A stretch of DNA of 64,000 nt from Octopus vulgaris (GCA_951406725.2 OX597820.1:119412001-119476000); one strand, 5' to 3'. Positions 12,581 to 27,930 are shown, counted from the first letter of the stretch. Program-made: numbers and translations. Notes: generated by a model from the sequence alone, not told the origin.

Positions 12581-14224
12581 CGTTTCTTTATTAGCCACAC
12601 AGGGCTGCACACAGACCGGACAGATTACAAAGTAGAGCTTTTCTTTTGGGGGGAGAGAAAAGAAAAGAAAAAACGGTGGGTCAGGTTTTCGATCAAAAGG
12701 GAAGGAAGAAAAAAAAAGTAGGTGGGTGGAGAAAACGATCAATAGGGATCATGTATCACAGTGTCATGGTGTAAAGTGTAACGGGGGAAGCAGATAAGGT
12801 TTATCCGTGGGAAGAAAAGCCTACGGAAAAGACCACGGTAACTTCAGTCAATGATATTACATGTTACCACATTTGTTTGCAAGTAGGTAATTCATACGTG
12901 CCATCCTTGCTACATTCACCCATCTTTTTTTTAAAACATTCGCTAGATAAAACTTGCCACTCTACTCTCACTTTCCTTTTCAAGTGGTACTTGAAAAAGT
13001 TGATGAGAGATTGACCAGAGTGGAAAGTGTTTGTCTCCAATCTTTTCAGACGCGTCCACCAGATACATTCTTTCGCCATAGTCACAAGGATGATGAAAAT
13101 ATCTCTTCCTTCCCGTTTGAAGGAAGGAGGCGTGACAATATTGAGGATAGACTCGGCTGATAAACCGACTCGTCCCACACGTGACAGCAGTCGTTCGACA
13201 TAAGCCCACAGGTCGGAAATTGTTGGACAGTGCACGAGTGCGTGCAGAACAGTTTCGTTGCTCTGACCGCATCTCGGGCAGATCGGCCCCGTGTTTCTCG
13301 AGCCGTGTCTATAGAGCTTATCCCGAACGAGTAGCGCTTCTCGGTAGCACTGCCAGGCCAGGGATCTCTGGAAGTTGTCCTGAACAGGCGGGTCATGTAT
13401 TCCTCGTGGACATCCAGGTTCGCCCCGAGCTCGTCGTCGTACCTCCCCTCTACTAATCCCCTATAAAATGCTTTGGTTGTGTTGAAGTCACTCAAGGTCG
13501 ACCCGGGACGGCATAGTTGCCTAGAGCAACGCGACACTCGCGATGCCATTCGCCCTTCCTCGGCCTCTTTTTGATCCACGACTGCAGTTCGGTCATGGAG
13601 ACGCGGGAAAGCGTGCCTCATACCTGTTCACCGTCGTCTACGTAGAGCCTGAGATGTCGCAGTCTCAGGGCGTGTCTGCGCATCATTAATCACGGGTGTT
13701 GACAGCAAATGGATCGCTTGACCATTGGGACGCATCCTTTCCACAAGAAGTGAAAGAGAATGCGTTCTAGTTTGATGATGGTAAGGTCGGGACAAGGCAC
13801 GACGGTCAGGCAGTAGTAGATGATGGACGCGATGTACGTGTTCGCCACCTCCGCCCGACATTTTATGGACAGTTTCCTCTCGGCCCATTGCCGGGCGAGA
13901 GTGACCACTTTACTCGTTATCTCGTTCCAGTTTTTCTCCATTTGGAGGTCCGGACCAAACCAGACCCCGAGCAACTGTGCAGCGTCCCACGACGGAGGCG
14001 CTGGTAGACGGCATGGGCTTGCTTCTCCAGGTGCCGAGTCAAACCCACTGATTTTTTCCAGTTGATTTTCACTCCTGTCACCGCTTCGTAATCTTTCAGT
14101 GTCACGCCTACCAGGTCGATGAGTTCGTGGCTAGACGCTATGACGGTGACGTCGTCCGCGTATGCAGACACGTTCGTCCCGCATCCCAATTCCTGTAAGT
14201 TGCCTCTCAGAGTTGCCAGCTTCC
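12581..14224 (-). mobile_element. 5'-truncated L1/Tx1-clade LINE (RT C-half, Zn-knuckle region, 3' UTR), frameshifted
   Basis: VSAYADDVTVI (YADD at 14151-14162), YEAVTGVKINWKKS, LGVWFG..NW, RKLSIKCRAEVAN, FHFLWKG, ETVLHALVHCP; 3' end CTAATAAAGAAAC then (TATC)n. Confidence 0.9.
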
Positions 14225-14519
<295 letters not shown>

Positions 14520-14827
14520 CTACTAGACTTACAGGTAACTGTTTAGTATTAACTGTTGGAAAAATAAGTACTCAACACCTTTTTTAGGATTAGTAATATT
14601 TTATTGTGATGGCGCCATCGTCTTTCTCTCCTTTCTTTTCAACTTTTCCCTTTTTCCCCTTTCTTTCTTCACTTCTGTTTTCTTCCTCCCCCTAAAATCC
14701 CGTGTCGGGAAAACTATATATAAATACGCAGACTTCATCAATTCCCCAATCAGCCGGCTTGAAAATCTTGTTTCTTTACTGGTGAATATATCGGATTAGG
14801 TACTTGCTGGTTCGATCAAAGTGAGAT

Positions 14828-15354
14828 TACATGTACATACATACATGCATACATACATGCAAACATACTTACATACATACATAGATATATGCATACATAC
14901 ATATACATACATACATGCATACATACATACATACATACATACATACATACATACATACATACATACATAGATATATGCATACATACATACATACATGCAT
15001 ACATACATGCATACATACATACATGTATACATACATACATACATACATACAAACATAGATAGATATATGCATACATACATGCAAACATACATACATGCAT
15101 ACATACATGCATACATACATGCATACATACACAGATACATGTATACAAACATGCATACATACATACACACAAAGACACACATACATACATACATTACATA
15201 TATACGTACATACATACATGCATACATACACATACATACATACATGCATGCATACATACATACACACACACATAGACACACATACATACATATACATGCA
15301 TACATACGTACATAGAGTTATACATACGTACATATACATTCATACATACATACA
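14828..15354. repeat. Degenerate (TACA)n / (CATG) microsatellite
   Basis: Direct inspection. Confidence 0.95.
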
Positions 15355-15630
15355 TTGCAATCATGATCGCTAGATGGTGATTTCAATTCCCAGAACGGAC
15401 GGTGCGTTGTTACCTTCAGGTTGCTCTGCGAACACTTCGATACCTGACACGTGGTACGCAGTGCACCTGTCCAGACAGCATCGATTTGCTGAGAAAGGAA
15501 GAGCAAATACGCGGCAGGAGCCTTTGATCACTATAAATAAATCATTTGTGTAGTTTGTTCGGCAAAACTGAACAAATATACGCTGGTGTCAGGAGTCCGT
15601 CATGTACGTAAACATACATACATACATACA

Positions 15631-15662
<32 letters not shown>

Positions 15663-15781
15663 CATACATATATACATACATACATACATATATACACACA
15701 TATATATATATATATATATATACATACATGCACACACATATATATATGTATATACATATATATATATATATATATATGTAT

Positions 15782-15856
<75 letters not shown>

Positions 15857-16062
15857 TATGTATGTATGTATATATGTATATATGTATATCGTGAAGTATA
15901 TTTGCCACGTAAATGTGGCTAACCCTTAAGGGTCGATACTACTGTAGCTTGTAGCCCCAGGAAGACGTCTTCTCCAGCTGACTATTGACACACCATCTGT
16001 GCTCTATCAGTATTTGCAAAGAGAAGTAATCTTTTCCCATACACACACACACACACACACAC

Positions 16063-16134
<72 letters not shown>

Positions 16135-16262
16135 AATAGAAATATTAAAATTACTAAGTCTCTATAAACCAAGGGTTTTTCATCTGGAATCGAAGCTAGA
16201 TTTATATATATATATATAATTATATATATTTGTATGTAAATGTACATACGTATATATATGTT

Positions 16263-16314
<52 letters not shown>

Positions 16315-16315
<1 letters not shown>

Positions 16316-16798
16316 CTTAGATAAACTTAGATATGTTTCGACCAAAGATTGATCCTGGCCATGTCTAACTTAATAGCACCACCTGATAGGATTATCTAAA
16401 TCCTTTTTAAGTCAAGTTTTGTTTTATCGAGGTCCATTCTAGTTGGGAGTTCTTGTTGAGTGAGTTGTATCCAGGTATAGGTGGCTTATCGGGAATTCAT
16501 TGAAAAATTTCGTACACATTCCTTTTAAAGGTGATGGGACCCATTAATCTCTTTCGAGAAAATGTTCAATAGGGCAAGGTCTTTTTTCTTTTGCTTTTCT
16601 CTTGCTTGTTTCAGTCATTTGACTGCGGCCATGCTGGAGCACCGCCTTTAGTCGAGAAAATCGTCCCCGGGACTTATTCTTTGTAAGGCCAGTACTTATT
16701 CTATCGGTCTCTTTTTGCCGAACCGCTAGGTGACGGGGACGTAAACACACCAGCATCGGTTGTCAAGCACTGCTAGGGGGACAAACACAGACACACAA

Positions 16799-16853
<55 letters not shown>

Positions 16854-17447
16854 TACGACAGGCTTCTTTCTGTTTCCGTCTACCAAATCCACTCACAAGG
16901 CATTGGTCGGCCCGGAGCAATAGCAGAAGACACTTGCCCAAGATGCCACGCAGTGGGATTGAACCCGGAACCATGTGGCTTGTGGCTGGTTAGCAAGCTA
17001 CTTACCACACAGCCACTCCTGTTGAGGAGATGAAATTGTCTTCCAATGTATTTATGTATTGTGATCCTGAATTGGGTAGGGACCGTATAACCTGTGGCCC
17101 TAACCTTGGATAAATCTTTAAGTAAAATGTTCAGTTCATTTGAGCAATGCTGGTGGCATATTCCCCACATTGTGCAAATGATGTATCACTCGCTGCGGCG
17201 CTGGAGAGAATAGTTTCAATGCTTTAACGTGGTCCCAGTAATCAAGATCAGTCATGCCCTTAATTCGTTTAGTGAATGACCTCTGCAGTGATTCAATTTT
17301 CGAGATTTTTTTCTGTGTATGGGGAGACCACAGGGGTAGGGCAGCAGTATTCGAGGTGTGGCCGTGCAAAGAAGGAGAAAAGTGGAATGATGACACCTTG
17401 TTCTCTAGACCAGAAGGTTCTTAGGAACCAGGAGCTCATCCTACAAG
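16315..17447 (-). mobile_element. CR1-like LINE 3' fragment interrupted by a family B SINE
   Basis: Minus strand [32 protein letters not shown]..; after the SINE ..IPDKPPIPGYNSLNKNS; 3' end GGTGGTGC..CATGGCC..GAAAC followed by a short repeated tail. Confidence 0.8.
16590..17021 (-). mobile_element. SINE family B, full length
   Basis: Reverse complement of 11750-12143. Confidence 0.9.
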
Positions 17448-17569
17448 CTATATCGACTTTTTATATACATGTATATATATATACACGCACACATACATGT
17501 ACATGTATATATATATATACACGCACAAATACATGCATACATACATACATACATACATATATATATTTA

Positions 17570-17644
<75 letters not shown>

Positions 17645-17646
<2 letters not shown>

Positions 17647-17755
17647 GGCAAATGAAAGACGAACGATAGAGTATATGAGAATTTATTAACCAGAACAATT
17701 GTTTCGACGCATCTAGCTTCGATTCCAGGTGTAAACCCTTCGTTTTATTAGCCAT
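17645..17755 (-). mobile_element. Penelope-like terminal-repeat fragment (3' half of a hammerhead-like motif)
   Basis: Minus strand CTGGAATCGAAGCTAGATGCGTC-GAAA-CAATTG-TT (palindromic stem III); same family on + at ~16165-16200. Confidence 0.45.
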
Positions 17756-18179
17756 TACAAATATTGTGTGTGTGTGAATAAATGTATATATATGTATGTG
17801 TCTGTGTGCTTGTACATGTTTGAAAACTGTTGGTGCTTAAATGCCGTTAATAATCTTGTCCCTTATAAAATATACATAGAAGACGATATGATACAGAAAA
17901 ATAATTACAGTGAAACGTATAAATTACGCCATAAAATATTATAAAGTAAATATTATAAAGTAAATATATACGAGCAATATAAAGATTCCTAAGTTGTTTG
18001 CCCAGTTTGAGACAGACAAACAGCACTGACTACTGTGTATCTTGCTGCGTCTGAACCGGAGTAGTTCCGTATAGAGTTATTATATAATTGTATGCAGTCT
18101 TATTAGTCACCACATATTTTTTCGTGTTTAAACCAGAAAAATAGTTACATAATTCATCGATAAAAACAAACATGTGCAC

Positions 18180-18235
<56 letters not shown>

Positions 18236-18388
18236 GTATTTATATATATATATATATACATATATATAATTGTGTATTAAAATAAATACATAAGTAGGTA
18301 TATATATATTAATATATATATATCAATATATATATATATATATATTAAGAGGAATGACCACTAAAGTAGACTATACATGTGTGTGTGC

Positions 18389-18432
<44 letters not shown>

Positions 18433-18537
18433 GTGTGTGTGCATGTGTATATATATATATATATGTTAATAAATAAAACATATGCATATATATATACATA
18501 TATGTACTACCTACCTCTACATGTATATATACACGCA

Positions 18538-18706
18538 TATATGAGTACAGGACACCCAAAAAAACGTCGAACACATTGAGAAACGAAAACATAGACACAA
18601 ACCCAAGAAACTGGACATTTTTCTTAAACATCAAAAAAAATAGAGTGCAGGACAAATACCACAAGGAAAAAAACCCTTCTTCAGTCGCCATGGTTTCATC
18701 TACTCT
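18538..18706 (-). mobile_element. Probable Penelope-like terminal-repeat fragment
   Basis: T-rich minus-strand sequence ending TCCTGTACTC next to TA-rich repeats; architecture like 10086-10260 and 52372-52580. Confidence 0.35.
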
Positions 18707-19083
18707 ATATATATGTTTGTGTTCGTGCGTGTGAGTATGTATGGGTGTGTGTATATAGAAATGCTCAGATGTATACTCTCAGAGTCAAAGTGATGATGTG
18801 AGTTTGGGAAAGAATGAGATCATATTAGATTACTAACACACACAATAAAACAATGGGTTTTGGTTCGGACAGAAGCGCAGTAGTTTTCGAGGATGCTGTT
18901 AGTCAATAATGTCTGAAACTGTACTGAGACTGGTCAATTATTTTGTGGGACTGGAGCGAAAGAAGAGAATTATATATACATGGACATGAAATGTATGTTA
19001 CTGAAAAAACCCACCCCACATAAATATGTGTACAATATTAGATATGTGCACACGCATGCACACACACACACACACTCAGGTAC

Positions 19084-19142
<59 letters not shown>

Positions 19143-19174
19143 ATCACAAATATCTATATATATATATGTATATA

Positions 19175-19223
<49 letters not shown>

Positions 19224-19251
19224 TCTTACACAAATATATATATGTATGTAG

Positions 19252-19297
<46 letters not shown>

Positions 19298-19314
19298 GAA
19301 TGAACGTATGTATG

Positions 19315-19350
<36 letters not shown>

Positions 19351-19413
19351 CTCGTGATTGTATATGTGTGCATATATATATATATATGTATGTGTGTGAG
19401 TGTGTGTATTATT

Positions 19414-19783
19414 AGGAGGAGTGGCTGTGTGGTAAGTAGCTTGCTTTCCAACCACATGGTTCCGGGTTCAATCCCACTGCGTGGCACCTTGGGAAACAGT
19501 CTGTCTCCTACTATAGCCTCAGCCGACCAAAGCCTTGTGAGTGGAAAGAAAGCCGTCGTATATATACATAAATATGTGTGTGTGGTTTGTGCGTCTGTGT
19601 TTGTCTACCCCTCCTAACATCGCTTGACAACCGATGCTGCTGTGTTTACGTCCCGTAACTTAGCGGTTCGACAAAAGCAACGATAGAATAAGGACTAGGC
19701 TTACTAAGAATAAGTCCTGGGTAGAATTTGCACGAATAAAGACGATGCTCCAGCAACGCCGCAGTCAACTGACTGAATAACAG
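19414..19783 (+). mobile_element. SINE family B, diverged
   Basis: Head, CORE-like segment and tail as at 11750. Confidence 0.85.
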
Positions 19784-19916
19784 GACATGTATCAGTATAT
19801 ATATATATATTTGTAGTTTCAGCACAGAGATGTGGCCATGCTGGAGCACTGCCGTTTTGCTATACTGTTATTACTGAGATCCTCCTCTAATATGTGGCAA
19901 TAGGTATAGAATATAT

Positions 19917-19970
<54 letters not shown>

Positions 19971-20029
19971 AATATATATATATGACGGGAAAGTTTACGA
20001 AAATAAAGAATATATGTATATATATGTCT

Positions 20030-20093
<64 letters not shown>

Positions 20094-20232
20094 CATACAT
20101 ACATACATGCATAATATACATACATACATACATGCATACATACACACATACGTACACACACTTACAGTAAGGCTTAATAACTTTATCTTATAACTTTCGT
20201 AGAATGAACGGTGTGATATATTGTTATTATTA

Positions 20233-20309
<77 letters not shown>

Positions 20310-20591
20310 GTCATCAATACAACTGTAGTGATGCAATCGATTCCAAATTTCAAAATCCGGCCTCGAATTGCTTATGTATAAACACTACTATGTCCGGATC
20401 AACGAATAACGACTGGATGTATAGTGCTTAGTGTGGAACAGAAAGTATTTTCACATCTTCCGATGCACATCCCAAGTACTTTTTTTAGTCGTCTCCGACT
20501 GCTCGGATCTTTCCTTATTTCTGCTGATGTTCAGGACGATGGTGAAATAAATATTGAATATTTGCATAACAGGCTAATAATTCTTACTTAC

Positions 20592-20614
20592 GAGGTACCT
20601 CCATTCGTATTCGA
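20592..20614 (-). other. Candidate microexon (23 nt, or 27 nt using the tandem donor)
   Basis: Minus strand TTTTTTTTTTCCTTCTGCCTAG | TCGAATACGAATGGAGGTACCTC | GTAAGTAAGA; one frame reads EYEWRYL. Confidence 0.35.
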
Positions 20615-20691
20615 CTAGGCAGAAGGAAAAAAAAAACCCATCTATTCATAAACATATTGTAGATTACAATACCCCCCCCCACATATATATG

Positions 20692-20800
<109 letters not shown>

Positions 20801-20806
20801 CAAGCA

Positions 20807-20911
<105 letters not shown>

Positions 20912-21676
20912 ATGTATTATATATGCATATACATATATACATCATTCTATATATCTAAGTAGCTATCTATATCTACATTTGCATGCATATATATATATAT
21001 ATATGTATATATATCATCTATCTAACTACATACGTACATACATACATGCATACATCCATCCATCCATCCATCCATCCATCCATACATACATACATAATAC
21101 ATACATACATACACACATATTTACATACATATATATACATACATACATACGTATTTACATACATACAACATACATATATATACATATATATATATATATG
21201 CACAATAACGCCAGGCAAAATAAACTGCAGCATGTGCATACACAGACATGCCCACATACAATTTATATATGTGCGTGTTTTCATGAAAATGTGTGTGTCT
21301 GCGTTTTTCAATATCGCGGGCTGTGTACGAAAGAAAACACTCCATTTCAAGAATTCTAAATTGCTATAAATCTACACACAATGAACATAATACACACGAA
21401 TGACTGGAAAAGTACCTTTAAAATAGTTTTGTAATTTATAATAAGATATATATTTAATGGAAATATCTAACGTATAATTATTTAAAATTACTTTTAAAAC
21501 CACAGAGAAGTGATATTGTCACTCACACTGTAGTTGTCATAATTATATAAAGCACATATATATACATAAGCATGTAGAAATGTGTAGGTGTGTGTATATA
21601 TGTCTGGGTATATATATATATATATATATATATACGTATACGTACAGATATGTATATATAGATACATGACATCCAT

Positions 21677-21708
<32 letters not shown>

Positions 21709-21813
21709 GTATATATTAGAATTAAATTTATATATACATACACAGGCACACAAATACGTATATATATACATACATATATATATGCATGTATGTGTACCCA
21801 CAGACACCCACAA

Positions 21814-21880
<67 letters not shown>

Positions 21881-21881
<1 letters not shown>

Positions 21882-22081
21882 TTATTATATAGAAGGAGTT
21901 CTACAGACTAGTACTGTTCATTCAAGAGAAATCTTCAGGAAGCTCAGTGCTTCCTGAAGATTTCTCTTGAATGAAACAGTACTAGTCCTGTAGAAGCTCC
22001 TTCTATATAATAAATTAATTTTACTCTGCTATGTATTGAGTACCTTACTTACTGTGGTTAACCCCGAATCAACCCGGGACC

Positions 22082-22085
<4 letters not shown>
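21881..22085. mobile_element. Penelope-like fold-back (hairpin 21881-22014) plus 3' tail, hammerhead-like core
   Basis: Near-perfect inverted arms around GAAGC-TCAGT-GCTTC; CTGAAGA at 21954, GAAA at 21973, GTC at 21985; same family as 24137-24347. Confidence 0.65.
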
Positions 22086-22169
<84 letters not shown>

Positions 22170-22173
<4 letters not shown>

Positions 22174-22385
22174 TGTGTGTGCGTTTGTGGGTGTCTGTTT
22201 GTACCACCAGCATCGCTTGACAACAGATGCTGGTGTATTTACGTCCCCGTAACTCAGCGGTTCGGCAAAAGTGCCGATAGAATAAGTACTAGGCTTATAA
22301 TGAATAAGCTCTTGGGTCGATTTGCTCGACTAAAGGCGGTGCTCCAGCATGGCCTCAGTCAAATGATAAAGAAGTAGAAGAGTAA
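22170..22385 (+). mobile_element. SINE family B, 3' half
   Basis: GCTTGACAACAGATGCTGGTG..GGCGGTGCTCCAGCATGGCC. Confidence 0.85.
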
Positions 22386-22429
22386 ACGTGTATATATGAA
22401 TATATATACATATATACACATATACATTC

Positions 22430-22605
<176 letters not shown>

Positions 22606-22777
22606 GTAAAATTAAATAAGGGTAGACATTGATAATTATCAATTAAAAAACCTGTCTTAGCATATTTTAAAAAATCCGAAGATTAGACATTGTGTTACAT
22701 ACAAAATTTAGAGGAATGTCCACTAAAGTAGCCACCTAATATGCTAAACATAGACGTCAAGAGCATATTCCTTTTAC

Positions 22778-22829
<52 letters not shown>

Positions 22830-23045
22830 TATATATATACCTACTTATGTATATATATTAATACACAATTATATATATGTATATCTATATATATAAATAC
22901 ACGCGTATATATATGTATACATGTGTGTGTGCATGTATATTTAAATATAGATATATATATATATATGTGTGTGTGTGTATATATATATATATATCTGGGT
23001 ATATATATATACGTATACGTACAGATATGTATATATACATACATG

Positions 23046-23093
<48 letters not shown>

Positions 23094-23548
23094 GTCTGTC
23101 TATCCATCGGGCTGTCTCTCTCCCCTATCTCTTTATTTATATGCATACATGTCTACGTGCGTGTATATACACTGACACACACGTAACATATATATCTATT
23201 CACGTGTTAATTACAAATCAAACACACACGTCTGATTGTATGCAGATAGAAAATCGGCCACATTTATTTTTAGTTATATAAGACTAATATAACTATACGT
23301 GATCTAGTAATATTTATATCACATGATGTAAGTTCAGGTATTAAGCATAATGAAGTCTACACGAATCCAAACTGCTATGTGTCTCAGTGAGATGAGGGAA
23401 AGTATACTATTTCGATTCTGTACCAAAAATATTACTGTTGAGGAACCTAGACGCGAAAGAACACATGCACTCATATTCACGTATGGAACCAAATATGTAT
23501 AATGATATCATATTGTCTGTCAGTCCGTCTGTTCCTTCATTAATCTAA

Positions 23549-23686
<138 letters not shown>

Positions 23687-23697
23687 TACATATATAT

Positions 23698-24347
<650 letters not shown>

Positions 24348-24369
24348 TATATATATGTATTACTCTATG

Positions 24370-24424
<55 letters not shown>

Positions 24425-24467
24425 ATATATGTCTGTATATGCACACACACACACACCCACACATATA

Positions 24468-25652
24468 CAGGTGTTGGACAAAATAATGGAAGCACCTTAA
24501 AATTACAGCTAGAATTCTATGAGCTATGGACGCTCACATAGTTTGAATGGTTTCGAAAGGAATTTTTGTCCATTCTGCAGCTAAAACAATCTCCAGTTCT
24601 TTTAGTGATGATGGTGAACGATATCGGCTCCTTACTTGTTTTTCTAAAATGCACCATTAATGTTCAATAATATTGAGTTCTGCGGTCTGTGGTGGCCAGA
24701 TAAGATGTTCAACTTCACTAGAATGTTCCTCATGCCATTCAGTAACAATTTTAGCTGTGTGAATTGGTGAATTATCATCCTGAAATACAGTGCCCCCCCC
24801 CCCCCCGGAAACAGTTCTGCAACCATATGACAAATATGATCAAATAATCATAGTCTTGATTATTAATTCTGCCATGAAGGGAAACTTTTGGGCAGGCGGA
24901 TTTCCAAGATATAACCTTCCAGATCATCACTGATCCGCCTCCATGTTTAACAGTTGGAAGAAGGCAGTCTGTGTAAAATGCTTCTTTTGGCTGTCTCCAC
25001 ACGGAAGCTCGGTCAGTGGTCGGAAATAATGTAAAGGATAACACGTGCAAGAAAATAACATTCTTCCACTGTAGGATTTTACACCACTCTAAACGCTTTG
25101 CAACGTTTGTTTTTGAAAGTAGTAGTTTTCTGTTTGAAGCCCTCCCGTGAAATCTGGCTTTGTGCAGCTACCAGCAAACAGCGTTTTTAGAAACTGGGTT
25201 CTCGAGGTGATCATTAAGTTCTGCGGTAATTTTGGGAGCTGTAGTTTGTGACCCTTTCTAAAAGTTCGCGCAAGAGTCCGACGGTCCTTATCTGAAAGTT
25301 TTGGCTTTATTCCGGAGTTTTGTTTCGACGAGAAGGTTTTTCCCTCTTTCTCAAAGGCTTTCATTACTTTCGAGACAATACTTCTTGATACACCAAACAT
25401 TTGGACTGTTTTCGTTAAGCTAGCGCCTGCCATACGAGCACCAACAATTTGACCTGTTTGAAATTCTGATAGATCTGTCATTTTATTGAATTTTAATTAC
25501 CGTTTTCTGATGATATCCCAAAAGAAATAGCAATTTTAACAAAACACATTAAGGAGCACAAGTAATAAATCAAAAACATAAAAATAAGCAACATTTTGAT
25601 AGTATTATAGATATTTCAAATTATGATGCTGTTTCCATTATTTTGTCCACAC

Positions 25653-25655
<3 letters not shown>
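24468..25655 (-). mobile_element. Tc1-family DNA transposon, decayed
   Basis: TIRs CAGGTGTTGGACAAAATAATGGAA / TTCCATTATTTTGTCCACACCT, TA at both ends; transposase remnants inside. Confidence 0.92.
24500..25481 (-). pseudogene. Tc1-like transposase, frameshifted
   Basis: MTDLSEFQTGQIVGARMAGASLTKT..FGVSRSIVSKVMKAFEKEGKT (paired-like HTH) and PTVKHGGGSVMIW in separate frames. Confidence 0.88.
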
Positions 25656-25694
<39 letters not shown>

Positions 25695-25698
<4 letters not shown>

Positions 25699-25861
25699 CT
25701 TTGTAATGTAGGAACAAGGTTGGGGGGCAGTTGATGAGATCGACCCCAGTACGCAAATGCTACTTAATTTATCGGAAAGTCAAAGTCGACGTCGGTGGGA
25801 TGTGAACTCACGAATTACTGCTAAGCATTTCACCCGGCGTGCTATCGCTACTGCCACCTCA

Positions 25862-25865
<4 letters not shown>
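25695..25865 (-). mobile_element. SINE family C relative, diverged and deleted
   Basis: ATCGACCCCAGTACGC..AAAGTCGAC.TCGGTGGGATGTGAACTC..CCCGGCGTGCTA. Confidence 0.7.
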
Positions 25866-25911
<46 letters not shown>

Positions 25912-25946
25912 ACGTATATATGTATATATATATGTATATGTATATA

Positions 25947-25989
<43 letters not shown>

Positions 25990-25999
25990 ATATATATAC

Positions 26000-26069
<70 letters not shown>

Positions 26070-26487
26070 CACAGTAATATATAGAACGTTACATAGCAGA
26101 TCATTCAGATATATATTAACGTATGTGCACTCGCTGATCTTCGAGACGCACGCACGCACACAAACACGCACATTCGCACAAATTTGAGTGTGTACTTTGA
26201 ACTTTGCCATATCAAACCTATCCACATGTTTAGCCAATCAGACATGCTTGAAATATCGCAAGTGCCCACAAAGTGTTTACAATTCCAATGAAGAAGAACT
26301 GCGTGAGCAAGCCCTTTTATTATATCAGTTTACAAGTATTTCTTTGAAATTTGATCTCATGAATATTACTGTATATGCAATAGCATATGCAAAACTTTGC
26401 TCATGGTACCATGTACTCAACTCATCAGAATTATGTATAAGTCTAATTTGCTGTTGATAATCGAATTAGCAATAATTTGTATCCATA

Positions 26488-26986
26488 TAAATTTCCAGCC
26501 TTTCTCACTAGCGACATGTCAGCTACTGGGAAAGGCTGAAAATTTAAGACTCTACTCCCTAGAATGAAGGCGGGAAGGATATGCAGTATAAAATCATGGG
26601 AAGTCTTCTACAAAGCTTTGGCTTTGAAATTTACACAAACAGGAAAACGGGGCTCTAATGCAGTGTACCAAAGATCCCAACTTCGCCATCAAGTTACAAG
26701 ATCAGAGTTACAAGGGGTCATAGCACTTCGATATCTTCTCCAAAAGCCTGAGAGACAAGCATGCTATGAATGTAGGTATCGTTAAAGAAAAACTAGATCT
26801 TCTCCCGTTAAGTTTTCCGGAGAAATCAGTATCACGATAGGGAACGCTCTTGAGGGTAGTAACATAAAACTCCTTTATTCACCAAAAACTACATGTCATG
26901 GGAGGTTTCAAGTTATGAAAGTGTAGCCCAGCATGGCCGCAGCTACCGAACTGAAACTAGAAAAAAGAATAAGAAAATAAAAGAAT
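26488..26986 (+). mobile_element. CR1-like LINE 3' fragment with 5' fold-back; its tail matches the SINE B tail
   Basis: SYWERLK-LRLYSLE*RREGY remnant at ~26521-26582; 3' end CCCAGCATGGCCGCAG..CTGAAACTAGAAAAAAGAATAA. Confidence 0.7.
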
Positions 26987-27373
26987 GTTGAGTTGGGTGC
27001 GTTTATCCAATTACAGGTAATTAAAAAAACTGAAAATACCGTTTGTTCGAGTTATTCGGTGAACGAGATGAATGAATAGGAAAAGGAATAGAAGAGGAAC
27101 GGAATCGGGACAGAAAGAGCAAAGGATTTTGTGTTTAGTCTAAATCATAAATCATAGAATCCCTATCAGTGTCAGTCTCAAAATTATTTATGTCAGTTTT
27201 CTTCATTAACGTTTTATCGCTCTTGTGGTGTATTTTATTCCATCAGCCATTTAGATTAGGAGGCACAGACACACGATGTAGATTTGTGACACGGGGAACT
27301 TGTTGTCTGCCACATTATGGGTAGTCATCTAACGACTATACCACATTAATGCAACAATAGTAGTAGTAGTAGC

Positions 27374-27405
<32 letters not shown>

Positions 27406-27414
27406 CAGCAGTAG

Positions 27415-27930
<516 letters not shown>

